Positions 1 through 10,544 of a stretch of 64,000 nucleotides of DNA are shown here, piece by piece. The DNA comes from Gemmatimonadota bacterium (lineage in GTDB: Bacteria > Gemmatimonadota > Gemmatimonadetes > Palauibacterales > Palauibacteraceae). A program made the translations under genes and the position numbers. Location of the stretch: positions 41,641-105,640 of the forward strand of contig JBHIAV010000004.1 in assembly GCA_046758745.1 (NCBI GenBank), in the 5' to 3' direction. The notes under the pieces were generated by a model that searched no databases, was not told where the DNA came from, and worked only from the letters and a program-made list of their open reading frames with translations. Position 1 is the stretch's first letter. The number at the start of each line of letters is the position of its first letter.

Positions 1-804
1 GATCCGCACCAGCGCCAGGAACGCGGCCGCCTTCACCCCGGCCGCCATGTAGCCGGTGACCGGCGTGGGTGCCCCCTCGTAGGCGTCGGGCGTCCACATG
101 TGGAAGGGGACGGCCGAGATCTTGAAGGCGAAGCCGACGAGGAGGAGGCCCAGACCGGCCACGAGGAGCGGGTTGCCGGAGCCGGCTCCGCGTACGACTT
201 CGGCGGTCACCAGCGCCAGGTTGGTGCTGCCTGTCGCCCCGAACAGCAGGGCGATGCCGTACAGCAGAAAGCCGCTCGCAAACGCCCCGATCAGGAAGTA
301 CTTGAGGCCGGCTTCCGCGGAGCGCGGATCCCGCCGGTTCATGCTGGCAAGGACGTAGATCGAGATCGACATGAGCTCGAGTCCCATGAAGACCATGATG
401 AGGTCGCGCGCTCCGGCGAGCAGCATCATGCCGACGGTGGCCAGGAGGACGAGAGCGTAGAACTCGCCGAGATCGAGTCCCTCCCGGCGCAAGTAGTCGA
501 ACGCAAAGAGGATGCCGAGGAGCGTGGCGCCGAGGAAGAGGAAGTTCGCCGCCACGCGGAACGTATCCACGGCGATCATACCGCTCCGTCCCGGCACCTC
601 GACTGTGAGCAGCCAGGCGTTCGCCGCCGCTGACGCCACCACCCCGAGAAGCGCCAGGCCGGCGGCCGTGCGTCCCGGCGACCGCCCCTCCCGGACGCGC
701 CCGAACACGCCGGCCAGAAGTGCCGCGATGGCCGCCACCGCGAGAATGCTCTCCGGAAGGAGGGCGATCAGATAGTGTAGCTGCGACCCAAAGTCGAGGA
801 TCAC
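1..804 (-). CDS. nuoN: NADH-quinone oxidoreductase subunit N (3' part beyond left edge)
   Basis: Own translation from GTG at 804: MILDFGSQLHYLIALLPE...GEFYALVLLATVGMM...GLELMSISIYVL...SAEAGLKYFLIGAFASGFLLYGIALLFGATGSTN. It follows nuoM. It is absent from the ORF track because there is no stop in the window. Confidence 0.95.
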   Translation of the reverse strand, partial: MILDFGSQLHYLIALLPESILAVAAIAALLAGVFGRVREGRSPGRTAAGLALLGVVASAAANAWLLTVEVPGRSGMIAVDTFRVAANFLFLGATLLGILFAFDYLRREGLDLGEFYALVLLATVGMMLLAGARDLIMVFMGLELMSISIYVLASMNRRDPRSAEAGLKYFLIGAFASGFLLYGIALLFGATGSTNLALVTAEVVRGAGSGNPLLVAGLGLLLVGFAFKISAVPFHMWTPDAYEGAPTPVTGYMAAGVKAAAFLALVRI

Positions 805-814
805 CCGTGGCCTC

Positions 815-2389
815 TCAGTCCGTCCCGTCCCCGCCGAGCACTGGGAGCCGGTCGAACCGGATCTCGAGCTCCCCCATCGTCACCGGCGCCTGCCGGGCCC
901 GGCGTTCGGTCTGCTCCAGGAGCGCATCCACCGATGGCGCCAGCCGATCCAGGAACGGCTGCGGGTAGACGCCGATCAGCAGGATCATCGCCAGGACCGG
1001 GACGAGAATCAGCCGCTCCCGGGGCACGAGATCCGCGAGGCGCCGATTCTCCTCCCGCTCCGCCGGACCGAGGAGCACCCGCTGCACCATGGGAAGCATG
1101 TAGCAGGCGGCGAAGATCACCCCCGTGGCGGCGAGGAAGGCCGCGATCGGATGGGTGCGGAATGTCCCGAGAAGGATCAGGAATTCCCCGACGAAGCCGT
1201 TCGTTCCCGGGAGGCCGATCGAGCTCAGCGCGACCACCACGAACGCCCCGGCGAACATCGGCATCGCCTTCGCGATCCCGCCGAAATCCTCGATGAGACG
1301 GGTGTGGCGTCGCTCGTACAGCATACCGACGAGCAGGAAGAGGGCGCCCGTCGAGACGCCGTGGTTCACCATCTGCAGGATGCCCCCCTGCATCCCCTGC
1401 GCAGTGAAAGCGAACAGCCCCAGCATCACGAAGCCGAGGTGTGCCACCGAGGTGTACGCCACGAGCTTCTTGGCATCCGGCTGAACGGCCGCCACCCAGG
1501 CTCCGTACAGGATGCCGATGAGGGAGAGGAGGATGATCGTGTTCACCACCGCCTGGCTGGTCGCGGCGTGCGAGAAGAACGGAAGGGCGAAGCGCAAAAA
1601 GCCGTAGCCTCCAAGCTTCAGCAGGACCCCCGCCAGGATCACCGACCCGGCCGTGGGGGCGTCGACGTGCGCGTCCGGAAGCCACGTGTGCAGCGGAAAG
1701 AGCGGCACCTTGATGGCGAAGGCGAGCGCGAAGGCGCCAAACAGCCAGAACTGCAGCCCACGCGCGATCGGGAGCTGCACCAGGTCGTTGTACGCGAAGG
1801 TCAGGATCCCGTACTCCCTGTGGTACAGGTAGACCAGCGCCACGATCGCCACGAGCATGAGCAGCGAGCCCACCGCGGTGAACAGGAAGAACTTGATCGC
1901 AGAGTAGATTCGGCGGCCCCCTCCCCACACCCCGATGATGAAGTACATCGGGATGAGAGTGACCTCCCAGAACAGATAGAAGAGGAAGAGGTCGAACGAC
2001 ACGAACACGCCCAGCATACCGGTGAGAAGCAGCAGGAGCATGGCGTAGAACGCGCGCACGTGGCGGTCGATGTAGGTGAACGAACCGAGAACCGCGAGTG
2101 GCATCACGAACGTCGTGAGCAGGACCATGAGGAGTGAGATCCCGTCCAGCCCGATCGTGTAGCCGATCCCCCACGTCTCGATCCAGGGAACCGAGACGTA
2201 GTTCTGGAGAGCGGCCGTTCCCGAACGGAAGCTGAAGAAGAGCGGTAGGGAGACGGCGAGCTCGGCTACGCTCACTCCGAAGGCGAGGTGTCGGACGCGT
2301 CCCTCCGGAACGATGAAGCACAGCGCCGCCCCGGCCACCGGAAGGGTGATCAGCAGCGTCAGGACCCAGTGGCTCTCGAAGACGCTCAC
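815..2389 (-). CDS. nuoM: NADH-quinone oxidoreductase subunit M
   Basis: FWEVTLIPMY, KVPLFPLHTWLPDAH, KKLVAYTSVAHLG and LPGTNGFVGEF motifs. Confidence 0.97.
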   Translation of the reverse strand: MSVFESHWVLTLLITLPVAGAALCFIVPEGRVRHLAFGVSVAELAVSLPLFFSFRSGTAALQNYVSVPWIETWGIGYTIGLDGISLLMVLLTTFVMPLAVLGSFTYIDRHVRAFYAMLLLLLTGMLGVFVSFDLFLFYLFWEVTLIPMYFIIGVWGGGRRIYSAIKFFLFTAVGSLLMLVAIVALVYLYHREYGILTFAYNDLVQLPIARGLQFWLFGAFALAFAIKVPLFPLHTWLPDAHVDAPTAGSVILAGVLLKLGGYGFLRFALPFFSHAATSQAVVNTIILLSLIGILYGAWVAAVQPDAKKLVAYTSVAHLGFVMLGLFAFTAQGMQGGILQMVNHGVSTGALFLLVGMLYERRHTRLIEDFGGIAKAMPMFAGAFVVVALSSIGLPGTNGFVGEFLILLGTFRTHPIAAFLAATGVIFAACYMLPMVQRVLLGPAEREENRRLADLVPRERLILVPVLAMILLIGVYPQPFLDRLAPSVDALLEQTERRARQAPVTMGELEIRFDRLPVLGGDGTD

Positions 2390-2402
2390 CCCGCCACCCC
2401 GT

Positions 2403-4460
2403 TCACAGCAGAAGCGCCGCGAGCATCACGATCACCCCGGTCAGGAAGAAGAAGACGTAGGCGCCCACCCGACCCGTCTGAAGGAGGCTCCCGACCCACC
2501 CGACCAGCCGGCCACCCGAGGCGAACCCGTTCACCGTCCCGTCGATCAGCCTTTCGTCCACCAGCTGCCAGCACGCCCGCCACAGTGCGAGGAGCGGCCG
2601 CACGATCAGGCGGTCATAGAGCTCGTCCACAAACCACTTGCGGTACGCCAGCCCCGCCAGTCCTCCGGGCTCGGGGGCTCGGTCGGCCGGGAGATACCGG
2701 CGCCGCGCCACCGCCCGGAACGTGAGGAGCACCACCACCACGGCGCCGGCGAACGAGATGGCCGCCCACGCCGCTTCCCCGCCTCCGACCGGCGAGGCGT
2801 GCACGGCCCGGAAGCCGTGATCTTCCATAACCCGTGCCGCTGCCGCGAAGCTCGGCTCGAGCCACGCGTGCAGCGCCTCGACGTGAGGGAGCGGAAGGGC
2901 CTCTCCGATGTTCACCCACCCCCCGACGACCGACAGGATGGCGAGGATGACGAGCGGGACCCACATCACCGGCGGTGCCTCACGCAGCTGTGGAGCGGCG
3001 TCCGCGCCGGTGCGGTTCTGCCCATGGAAGGTCATCACCATCAGGCGCGTCATGTACGCCGCCGTGAGCAGGGCGGTGGCCACACCGACTGCCCACAGGA
3101 TCGAATACCCGCGGGCTCCCGCACTCCAGATGATCTCGTCCTTTGAGAAGAAGCCCGCGAAGGGGAAGATGCCCGCGATGGCCAGCGTGGCCACCCACAT
3201 GGTGGCCCAGGTGATCCGCATCGACCTCCTCAGCCCCCCGTGGTTTCGCATGTCGTTCGGGTCGTCGTGCCGCCCGACGGCGTGCACCGCCCGGTGCACG
3301 GCATGGATGACGGCGCCGGCGCCGAGGAAGAGGAGGGCCTTGAAGAAGGCATGCGTCATGAGGTGGAAGATCCCCGCCGTGAACGCCCCGATACCTACGG
3401 CCAGGAACATGTAGCCGAGCTGGGAGATGGTGCTGTACGCCAGGACCTTCTTGATGTCGAACTGCTGGGTAGCGATCGTCGCCGCGAACAGCGCGGTCCC
3501 GGCCCCGAGGGCGGCGACCACCGCCTGCGAGACCGGTGCCATGGCGAACAACACGCCGGCGCGGGCCACCAGGTAGACACCGGCCGTTACCATGGTGGCG
3601 GCGTGGATGAGGGCCGAGACCGGAGTCGGACCCGCCATGGCATCGGGAAGCCACACGTGCAACGGGATCTGGGCCGACTTCCCGGTGCAGCCCAGGAAGA
3701 GGAGCAGCGTGATGAAGGTCACCACTGCCCCGCCGTAGGTCAGCACCTCCGGGGCCGCGTCGAAGATCGGGCCGAAATCGAGCGTTCCGAAATGCTGAAA
3801 CAGGAGGAACATCGCCACCAGGAAGCCGAAGTCCCCGATCCTGTTGACGATGAACGCCTTCTTGCCCGCGCTCGAGTACTCCCGGTTCTCGTACCAGAAC
3901 CCGATGAGGAGGTACGAGCAGAGGCCGACGCCTTCCCACCCCACAAACATGAGCGGGAAATTTCCGGCCATCACCAGCACGAGCATGAAGAAGACGAAGA
4001 GGTTCAGGTACGCGAAGTACCTCGAGTAGCCCGGGTCCTCGCGCATGTAGCCGACGCTATACACGTGGATGATCGCGCTGACGCCCGTCACGATCAGCAT
4101 CATGAGAACGGAGAGCCGGTCGAACTGCAGGTCGACCGCCACGTTCAGTCCGCCCGAAGCCATCCACGTCCACAGGGAGACGACGATCGGCCCGTGCGAG
4201 CCCGCGGCCCGCATGGCTATGAAGTTGGCTGCGACGACGACGAACGCCCCAACCACGGCGAGCGGCCCCACGAGGCCCGGGACGCGCTTCTCCTCCCGCC
4301 ACGCGTAGGCGCCGACCGCGTTGATGGCGAAGCCGAGCAGGGGCAGCAAAAGGATCAAGGCCGGGAGGATGGGCGCGAACTCCCCGCCCCGGATGCCTGC
4401 CGCCACGGCCTCCTGGAAGGCTCCCGCCCACAGAGCGAGGACGCCCGGAGCGGCTACCAT
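2403..4460 (-). CDS. nuoL: NADH-quinone oxidoreductase subunit L
   Basis: [43 protein letters not shown] and [10 protein letters not shown] motifs. Confidence 0.97.
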   Translation of the reverse strand: MVAAPGVLALWAGAFQEAVAAGIRGGEFAPILPALILLLPLLGFAINAVGAYAWREEKRVPGLVGPLAVVGAFVVVAANFIAMRAAGSHGPIVVSLWTWMASGGLNVAVDLQFDRLSVLMMLIVTGVSAIIHVYSVGYMREDPGYSRYFAYLNLFVFFMLVLVMAGNFPLMFVGWEGVGLCSYLLIGFWYENREYSSAGKKAFIVNRIGDFGFLVAMFLLFQHFGTLDFGPIFDAAPEVLTYGGAVVTFITLLLFLGCTGKSAQIPLHVWLPDAMAGPTPVSALIHAATMVTAGVYLVARAGVLFAMAPVSQAVVAALGAGTALFAATIATQQFDIKKVLAYSTISQLGYMFLAVGIGAFTAGIFHLMTHAFFKALLFLGAGAVIHAVHRAVHAVGRHDDPNDMRNHGGLRRSMRITWATMWVATLAIAGIFPFAGFFSKDEIIWSAGARGYSILWAVGVATALLTAAYMTRLMVMTFHGQNRTGADAAPQLREAPPVMWVPLVILAILSVVGGWVNIGEALPLPHVEALHAWLEPSFAAAARVMEDHGFRAVHASPVGGGEAAWAAISFAGAVVVVLLTFRAVARRRYLPADRAPEPGGLAGLAYRKWFVDELYDRLIVRPLLALWRACWQLVDERLIDGTVNGFASGGRLVGWVGSLLQTGRVGAYVFFFLTGVIVMLAALLL

Positions 4461-4753
4461 TTAAGCAGATTGAAGCGATCGACGTCCACGACCTCGTAAT
4501 GGCGGAATATGGCGATGATGATCGCCAGCCCGACCGTAGCCTCGGCCGCCGCCACCGCCATGACGAAGAACACGAACACCTGTGCCTCGAGCCCGAGCGT
4601 TCGCGAGAACGCCACCAGAGTCAAGTTCGCGGCATTCAGCATCAGCTCGATGCACATGAAGATGATGATCGCGTTTCGCCGCAGCAGGACACCGGCGACG
4701 CCGATCGAAAAGAGCAGCGCGCTGAGAATCAGCGAGTAGCTCTCGATCGCCAT
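4454..4753 (-). CDS. nuoK: NADH-quinone oxidoreductase subunit K
   Basis: MAIESY...[20 protein letters not shown]...[12 protein letters not shown]. Start trimmed to ATG 4753. Confidence 0.96.
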   Translation of the reverse strand: MAIESYSLILSALLFSIGVAGVLLRRNAIIIFMCIELMLNAANLTLVAFSRTLGLEAQVFVFFVMAVAAAEATVGLAIIIAIFRHYEVVDVDRFNLLKW

Positions 4754-4760
4754 TGTTGGA

Positions 4761-5288
4761 TCACGGTGCCTTCTTTCTCGCCAGCACGATCGCACCGACC
4801 ATGGCCACCAAGAGGAGAAGCCCGGTGACCTGGAACGGGACCATGTAGCTTACGAAGAGCGGTTCGGCTACGGCTCCGACGGCGCCGCGCGCCTGCAGCA
4901 TGGCCATCACGGTCTCCTCCCCCATTCCGCCGGCCAGTCGCGGACGCTCGCCGCTCTGGATGAGCGTGGCGAGGAGGACGAAGAGCGCCGTCCCGACCGC
5001 GCCGGCGCCCGCGGCTGCCAACGACCCCCTGCGGTCACTCATCCGCCCGTGTCCGAGGTTGAGAAGCATGATGACGAAAAGGAAGAGCACCATGATGGCG
5101 CCGGCGTACACGATGATCTGAAGCGCTGCGATGAAATGGGCGTCGAGGAGCACGAAGATCCCGGAGATGGCGAAGAACACCATCACAAGAAACATGAGAC
5201 TGGCGACAGGGTTGCGACTGACGATCATGGCCAGCGCAGCGGCCACGGCCATCACGGCGAAGACGAAGAAGAGGAAATCCGTGATCAT
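4761..5288 (-). CDS. nuoJ: NADH-quinone oxidoreductase subunit J
   Basis: [20 protein letters not shown] motif. Confidence 0.96.
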   Translation of the reverse strand: MITDFLFFVFAVMAVAAALAMIVSRNPVASLMFLVMVFFAISGIFVLLDAHFIAALQIIVYAGAIMVLFLFVIMLLNLGHGRMSDRRGSLAAAGAGAVGTALFVLLATLIQSGERPRLAGGMGEETVMAMLQARGAVGAVAEPLFVSYMVPFQVTGLLLLVAMVGAIVLARKKAP

Positions 5289-5782
5289 TCGGAGGCAGGG
5301 TCAGCGGGATCCCACAGGGTCGTGAAGGGGTGGTCCTGCTCGCACAGCCGCTCGAGGTCGTACACCCATCGCTCGCGGCTGTACTCGGCGTTCTCGTAGT
5401 GCACCCCCAGGTGGATCGCCTCCACCGGACACACCTCCTGGCAATACCCGCAGAAGATGCAGCGAAACTCGTCGATCTCGTACACAGCGGCGTAACGCTC
5501 CCCGTTCTCGTCCTCCGCCGGGATCAGCTTGATGCAGTTCACCGGACACACGGTGGGACACAGCCCGCACGCCACGCACTTCGCCCGTCCATCCTCGTGC
5601 GTCGCCATGCGGTGCGTCCCTCGCAGCCGCGGGGAAAGCTCCCACTTCTCATCGGGGTACTGCTGGGTCACCTTGTGCGGATTCATAAGGTGCTTCAGGG
5701 TCACCCCCATCCCTCCCATGGCTCCCCTCAGGTAGGAGGCCTTCTTCTCCGGCCTCCGCACCACCTTCACTTCTCCGGACAT
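5285..5782 (-). CDS. nuoI: NADH-quinone oxidoreductase subunit I
   Basis: Two CxxCxxCxxxCP 4Fe-4S motifs (CVACGLCPTVCP, CIFCGYCQEVCP). Confidence 0.96.
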   Translation of the reverse strand: MSGEVKVVRRPEKKASYLRGAMGGMGVTLKHLMNPHKVTQQYPDEKWELSPRLRGTHRMATHEDGRAKCVACGLCPTVCPVNCIKLIPAEDENGERYAAVYEIDEFRCIFCGYCQEVCPVEAIHLGVHYENAEYSRERWVYDLERLCEQDHPFTTLWDPADPASE

Positions 5783-5801
5783 CGCCGCATCTCCTCCAGC
5801 T

Positions 5802-7043
5802 TCAGGTGGCGCTGGGCGGGCGCCGCTGGCGCGAGCCGCTTCCCCGCACCAGAGCCCCCCGATCGATGGCGAAGAGCAGAATCCCGCCGAGGATCACGTT
5901 CAACCCGAAGAGCACGCCGGCGTACAGGGGACCGAACGGCCAGCCCCGTGCTTCGAGTGCCAGGATGGCGAGGGCGATTACGAGGATGTACACCGTCACC
6001 GCCTCGATCACGAACTTCCAGCCGAGGTCCATGAGCTGATCGTACCTGAATCGCGGGAGCGTCCACCGGATCCACATGAACAGGAAGACGACGAGCGTCG
6101 TCTTGACCGAAAACGAACCGAACGTGAGCAGCGTCTTCCACCAGGTCGGAACCCCGAGCACCGTTCCGTCCCCCAGCACGCGTACGTTGTCCCCACGCCA
6201 GAACGGGATGTCCCACCCGCCGAGGAAGAACACCGTCACCAATGCCGCTGTCGTGATGACGTGGGCGAACTCACCCAGCATGAACATGCTGAACTTCATC
6301 GACGAGTACTCGGTGTGGTAGCCCGTAACGAGCTCCGCTTCCGCCTCCGGAAGGTCGAAGGGAAGCCGGTTGGTCTCGGCCAGCCCCGACAGGAAGAAGA
6401 AGAAGGCCGAGAGGGCGAGCGGGAAGACGAGCCATGTGCCGAGGGTGGGCGGTCCCCCGGTGAAGCCTTGCTGGATCGCCACCAGCTCCGGGAGCCGCAC
6501 GTCCGCCGCAATGAGGAGGACCGGCACGAGGCTGAACGCGAGCCCCACCTCGTAGCTGATCATCTGGGCCGAGCCTCGGAGCCCTCCGAGGAACGCGTAT
6601 TTGCTGTTGGACGCCCACCCGGCCATCACGACGCCATACACCCCGATCGATGAGACGGCGAGGACGTACAGGAAGCCGACCGGCACATCCGCCACGATGA
6701 CCTCCACCAGCCCCCAGCGGGTGGGAAGCGGCGAGGCAAAGGGGATTACCGCGAAGAGAATGGTCGCGGGGACGATCGCGAGGACCGGCGCGAGGTAGAA
6801 GAAAAGCCGGTTCGCCTCCGCCGGCTCCGTCTCCTCCTTCAGGAGGTTCTTCAGCCCGTCAGCCAGCGCTTGGAGGATCCCGAGGGGCCCGACCCGATTC
6901 GGACCGCTCCGGTCTTGGATGAACCCGGCTACCTTCCTCTCCACATAGGTCGCAAGGGCGACGAGCACAAGGAGCAACGTGAAGAAGACGATCACCTTGC
7001 CGCCCGTGAAGATCAGGAACGCCGTCCCGCTGACCGACTGCAT
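5802..7043 (-). CDS. nuoH: NADH-quinone oxidoreductase subunit H
   Basis: ERKVAGFIQDRSGPNRVGP, AQMISYE and AETNRLPFDLPEAEAEL motifs. Start trimmed to ATG 7043, which follows an AGGAGG SD. Confidence 0.96.
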   Translation of the reverse strand: MQSVSGTAFLIFTGGKVIVFFTLLLVLVALATYVERKVAGFIQDRSGPNRVGPLGILQALADGLKNLLKEETEPAEANRLFFYLAPVLAIVPATILFAVIPFASPLPTRWGLVEVIVADVPVGFLYVLAVSSIGVYGVVMAGWASNSKYAFLGGLRGSAQMISYEVGLAFSLVPVLLIAADVRLPELVAIQQGFTGGPPTLGTWLVFPLALSAFFFFLSGLAETNRLPFDLPEAEAELVTGYHTEYSSMKFSMFMLGEFAHVITTAALVTVFFLGGWDIPFWRGDNVRVLGDGTVLGVPTWWKTLLTFGSFSVKTTLVVFLFMWIRWTLPRFRYDQLMDLGWKFVIEAVTVYILVIALAILALEARGWPFGPLYAGVLFGLNVILGGILLFAIDRGALVRGSGSRQRRPPSAT

Positions 7044-7051
7044 CCGCCCTC

Positions 7052-8632
7052 CTACCGCACCTTCGCCGGCGCGGACGGGACTGAGCGGATCGCCGACCCC
7101 CTGAGTCCGAGCGATTCCCACGTGAGCCCTTCGAACGCGGGCACGTTGGCCGCCATGGTCACGAACGCGGCGCGGATGTGGAGCGCCACATCGCCCTCCC
7201 CGAGGAGCGTGAGGAGGCGGGAAAGAACCATCCAGGCGGGCCGCGCGATCCCCGGCGGCTGGAGGGCCTGGTGGAAGCGCTGTACGCGGCCCGTGAAATT
7301 CGTGAAGGTTCCCTCCATCTCGGCGAAGGTGGCCGTCGGGAGGAGCGCGTCGGCGCTCGCCGCGGCCGTCGGCAGACGAGGGCCGATGTACAGGAAGAAG
7401 GTAGCCTTCCTTCTGAAATCGGCCGGTACATCGGTCAGCGGATCGGCGAGCACGATGAGGCTCCCGGGGCTCGGGGCCGGCTGGCCGGTCGCGTGCTCGA
7501 AGCCGAACAGCTCGGCTCCCGTGGCGTTGGGGGCCCGCTCCGCCCTGAGCTTGAGCCGGGGAAAGCCATGCAGGGTCGCCTCCCCTCCCTGCTCGACGCG
7601 GAAGCTCCCGCCCTCGATGCCGAGCCACTCGAGCAACAGACGGAGGTAGAAGAGGGACTCGTTCGACTCCTCCGCCGAGACCATGGCCGTTCCGCCCGAC
7701 TCCGCCTCCAGCTCGCGTGCGACGAAGTCGAGCGCCGACTCCCAATCGGTCGGAACCAGCCGGTCGTTCTCGCGGACGAGTGGTGTCTCGGCACGGGGGC
7801 CTCGGTTGCCCATGACCAGGTGCTTCCGACCGTAGTCGCACATCCAGTAGGAGTTGACGGCCGCGTTGTACCTCGGCTTCAGCCGGACGATCTGGTTCTC
7901 CTTCGCGTCGATCGTGACGTTGCACCCGGTAGAGCAGCCCGGGCAGATGCTCGGCGCGGAGTCCAGGTCCCACGCGCGAGCTTTGAACAGGAAATCCTCG
8001 TGCACGAGGGCACCGACCGGACACACATCCACGATGTTCCCGCGAAACGCGTTCTCCAGATCACGCCCGGGGAATGTGTCGATGTACGCCTTGTGCCCGC
8101 GCTGCGCCACGACGAGCGTGTCATCCCCCGCCACGTCCCGCATGAAGCGCACGCACCTCGTGCAGAGGATGCAGCGGTCGGCGAAATACAGGATGTCATC
8201 CGCGATGCGGTCCCGACCCAGCACGAGCTTCGCTTCCTCGAACCGGCTGCGCAGCTGCCCCGTCTCGAAGGCGTAGTCCTGCAGCATGCACTGTCCCGCC
8301 GCGTCACAGATCGGGCAGTCGAGAGGGTGGTTGAGCAGCAGGAACTCGATCACCGACTTGCGAGCGAGCTTCGCATGCTCCGTGTCGGTCCGCACGACCA
8401 TCCCCTCCTGCACCGCCAACACGCACGAAGGCTGGAGCTTCTGCTGTCCCTCCACCTCGACGAGGCACATCCGACACTGAGCCGGACGCGATGGGATGCC
8501 CGGATGGTAGCAGTAATGCGGCACGACCACGCCGGCGCGCTCGGCCGCTTCGATCACGAGGGTCCCGCCGGGCACTCGGATGGGAACCCCGTCGACGCTC
8601 AGGCTGATGAGCTCCGCCTCGCCGCTACCCAT
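7052..8632 (-). CDS. nuoG: NADH-quinone oxidoreductase subunit G (short, 526 aa)
   Basis: CYH...CRMC...C, HPLDCPICD...C and CILCTRCVR...CPVGAL motifs, plus CPGCSTGC...C. Position between nuoF and nuoH. Confidence 0.93.
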   Translation of the reverse strand: MGSGEAELISLSVDGVPIRVPGGTLVIEAAERAGVVVPHYCYHPGIPSRPAQCRMCLVEVEGQQKLQPSCVLAVQEGMVVRTDTEHAKLARKSVIEFLLLNHPLDCPICDAAGQCMLQDYAFETGQLRSRFEEAKLVLGRDRIADDILYFADRCILCTRCVRFMRDVAGDDTLVVAQRGHKAYIDTFPGRDLENAFRGNIVDVCPVGALVHEDFLFKARAWDLDSAPSICPGCSTGCNVTIDAKENQIVRLKPRYNAAVNSYWMCDYGRKHLVMGNRGPRAETPLVRENDRLVPTDWESALDFVARELEAESGGTAMVSAEESNESLFYLRLLLEWLGIEGGSFRVEQGGEATLHGFPRLKLRAERAPNATGAELFGFEHATGQPAPSPGSLIVLADPLTDVPADFRRKATFFLYIGPRLPTAAASADALLPTATFAEMEGTFTNFTGRVQRFHQALQPPGIARPAWMVLSRLLTLLGEGDVALHIRAAFVTMAANVPAFEGLTWESLGLRGSAIRSVPSAPAKVR

Positions 8633-8694
8633 GCTCTATCGGCCCGACGCCGCCGTGGATTCGAACGGGCCTCCCGGAAAGCCGTCTCCCGACA

Positions 8695-9987
8695 TCAGGC
8701 GGTAGCGGTACACTGGTGGCGAAGGATGTGCGCTTCGTACTCCTCGCGGAACTTGTCCAGCGAGGAGCGAAGCGGGAACACCACGCTGTCGGCGAGCACA
8801 CAGATCGTGCGGCCGGTCAGCTGCTCGCACAGGTCGTACAGGAGGTCTATGTCCGCCAGCCGACCTTCACCTCCCTCGATGCGACGGAGGATCTCGGTTA
8901 CCCACGCGGTGCCCTCGCGGCACTGTACGCACTGGCCGCAGGACTCATGGGCATAGAACTGCGCGATCCGGCGCATCGCTCGCAGGAGGCAGGTCGACTC
9001 GTCCATGACGATCGGCGATGCCGTGCCGAGCGAGCTTCCCGCCGCCTGTAACCCCTCGTACGTGGTCGGGCAATCGAGCTCGTCGGCGGCCAAGAGCGCG
9101 GTGGAGGAGCCTCCCGGAATGACTGCCCGCACCTTCCGTCCGCCCGGGATCCCGCCGCACACCTCGAAGATGATGTCCTTGAGGGGGACGCCGAGCTCAA
9201 GCTCGTAGTTGCCGGGACGGTCGAGGTGGCCCGAGCAGCACCACAGCTTGGTGCCGGGACTCTGCTCGCTCCCCCACTGCCGGTACCACGTCGGCCCGTT
9301 GGAGAGGATCATCGGAACGGTAGCGAGCGTCTCGACGTTGTTCACCGTCGTCGGCTTGCCGAAAACCCCGGCTTGGGCCGGGAAAGGCGGCTTCGCTCGC
9401 GGCTCGGCCCGGCCGCCCTGCAGGGAGCTCATCAGGCCCGTCTCCTCCCCCGCGATGTAGGCGCCCGCCCCGATGTGCACGGTGACGTCGCAGTCCCACC
9501 CGCTGCCCAGGATGTTGCGGCCGATCAGCCCAGCTTCGTAGGCCTCCGTGACCGCGGCATTCAGGACCCGCACCACGGGAAAGAACTCGCCACGCACGTA
9601 GATGTAGACGTGCTCTGCGCGGATGGCGCGGGCGGCGATCAGGCACCCCTCTATGAGCAGGTGCGGGGTCCAGCGAAGGATCTCCCGGTCCTTGAAGGCG
9701 CCGGGCTCGCTCTCATCGGCGTTGCAGCAAAGGTAATGCGGCTGCCCGTCGTCCCTCGGCATGAAGCTCCACTTCATGCCCGTCGGGAAGCCGGCTCCTC
9801 CCCTGCCTCGCAGCCCGGAGTCCTTCACCACCTTCGTGATCTCCTCGGGTGACATCCGGAGCGCCTGCCCGAGCGCCTCGTATCCCTCCATGCGCCGCCA
9901 TGCCTCGAGCGTGCGGGCGGATGGGTCCCCCATGTGACGTGAGAGGAGCGTCCCCACCTCGAGCGGATGCGAGTGCGGATAGCCCAT
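8695..9987 (-). CDS. nuoF: NADH-quinone oxidoreductase subunit F
   Basis: GRGGAGFPTG, NADESEPG, GAYIAGEET and ESCGQCVQCREG motifs. Confidence 0.97.
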   Translation of the reverse strand: MGYPHSHPLEVGTLLSRHMGDPSARTLEAWRRMEGYEALGQALRMSPEEITKVVKDSGLRGRGGAGFPTGMKWSFMPRDDGQPHYLCCNADESEPGAFKDREILRWTPHLLIEGCLIAARAIRAEHVYIYVRGEFFPVVRVLNAAVTEAYEAGLIGRNILGSGWDCDVTVHIGAGAYIAGEETGLMSSLQGGRAEPRAKPPFPAQAGVFGKPTTVNNVETLATVPMILSNGPTWYRQWGSEQSPGTKLWCCSGHLDRPGNYELELGVPLKDIIFEVCGGIPGGRKVRAVIPGGSSTALLAADELDCPTTYEGLQAAGSSLGTASPIVMDESTCLLRAMRRIAQFYAHESCGQCVQCREGTAWVTEILRRIEGGEGRLADIDLLYDLCEQLTGRTICVLADSVVFPLRSSLDKFREEYEAHILRHQCTATA

Positions 9988-9995
9988 GGCAGAGT

Positions 9996-10544
9996 TCAGC
10001 CGAGCCCGTCCAGGATCTCCCGGACAGACTCGGGAGTCACGTTCTCGTAGTACTCATCGTTGATCTGAACGACCGTGGCGAACCCGCACGCCCCGAGGCA
10101 TTCGACCTCCAGCACCGTGAACCGCCCGTCCTCGGAGACCTCTCCCGGCCGCGTGCCCGTCTCCTCGAGGAAGCTGCGAAGGACATCGTCCGCCCGGTTC
10201 AGGTGACATGAGATGTTGGTGCACACCTGGATCACGTGCTTCCCGAGCGGATGGCGGTTGTACATGGTGTAGAAGGTGGCGACCGAATGGACGTGCGCCG
10301 GTGTGAGATCCAGCGCATCGGCGATCTCCACCATGGCCTCCGGCGACACCCAACCGTTACGCTCCTGGGCGTAGTTGAGCAGGGGGAGCAGCGCGGCTCG
10401 CTTCTCCGGATACCGGCTCAGCGCCTTCGCCAGCCGATCGCGACCCTCATCGTCGGCGAACAGCGCCTCGACGGGACGCCTCTCCGCCAGCATGAACGGC
10501 TGTGCCCCGACCACGGCCGGGTGGATTCCCTCGGTCAACGCCAC
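9996..10544 (-). CDS. nuoE: NADH-quinone oxidoreductase subunit E
   Basis: VATFYTMY motif with CTNISC and ECLGAC 2Fe-2S ligands. GTG start. Confidence 0.95.
   Translation of the reverse strand: MALTEGIHPAVVGAQPFMLAERRPVEALFADDEGRDRLAKALSRYPEKRAALLPLLNYAQERNGWVSPEAMVEIADALDLTPAHVHSVATFYTMYNRHPLGKHVIQVCTNISCHLNRADDVLRSFLEETGTRPGEVSEDGRFTVLEVECLGACGFATVVQINDEYYENVTPESVREILDGLG

Noticed and set aside
8657..8666. tRNA T-loop-like GTTCGAATCC on the minus strand between nuoF and nuoG
   Set aside because: The flanks do not form a T-stem, and no cloverleaf fits in the 62-bp gap.
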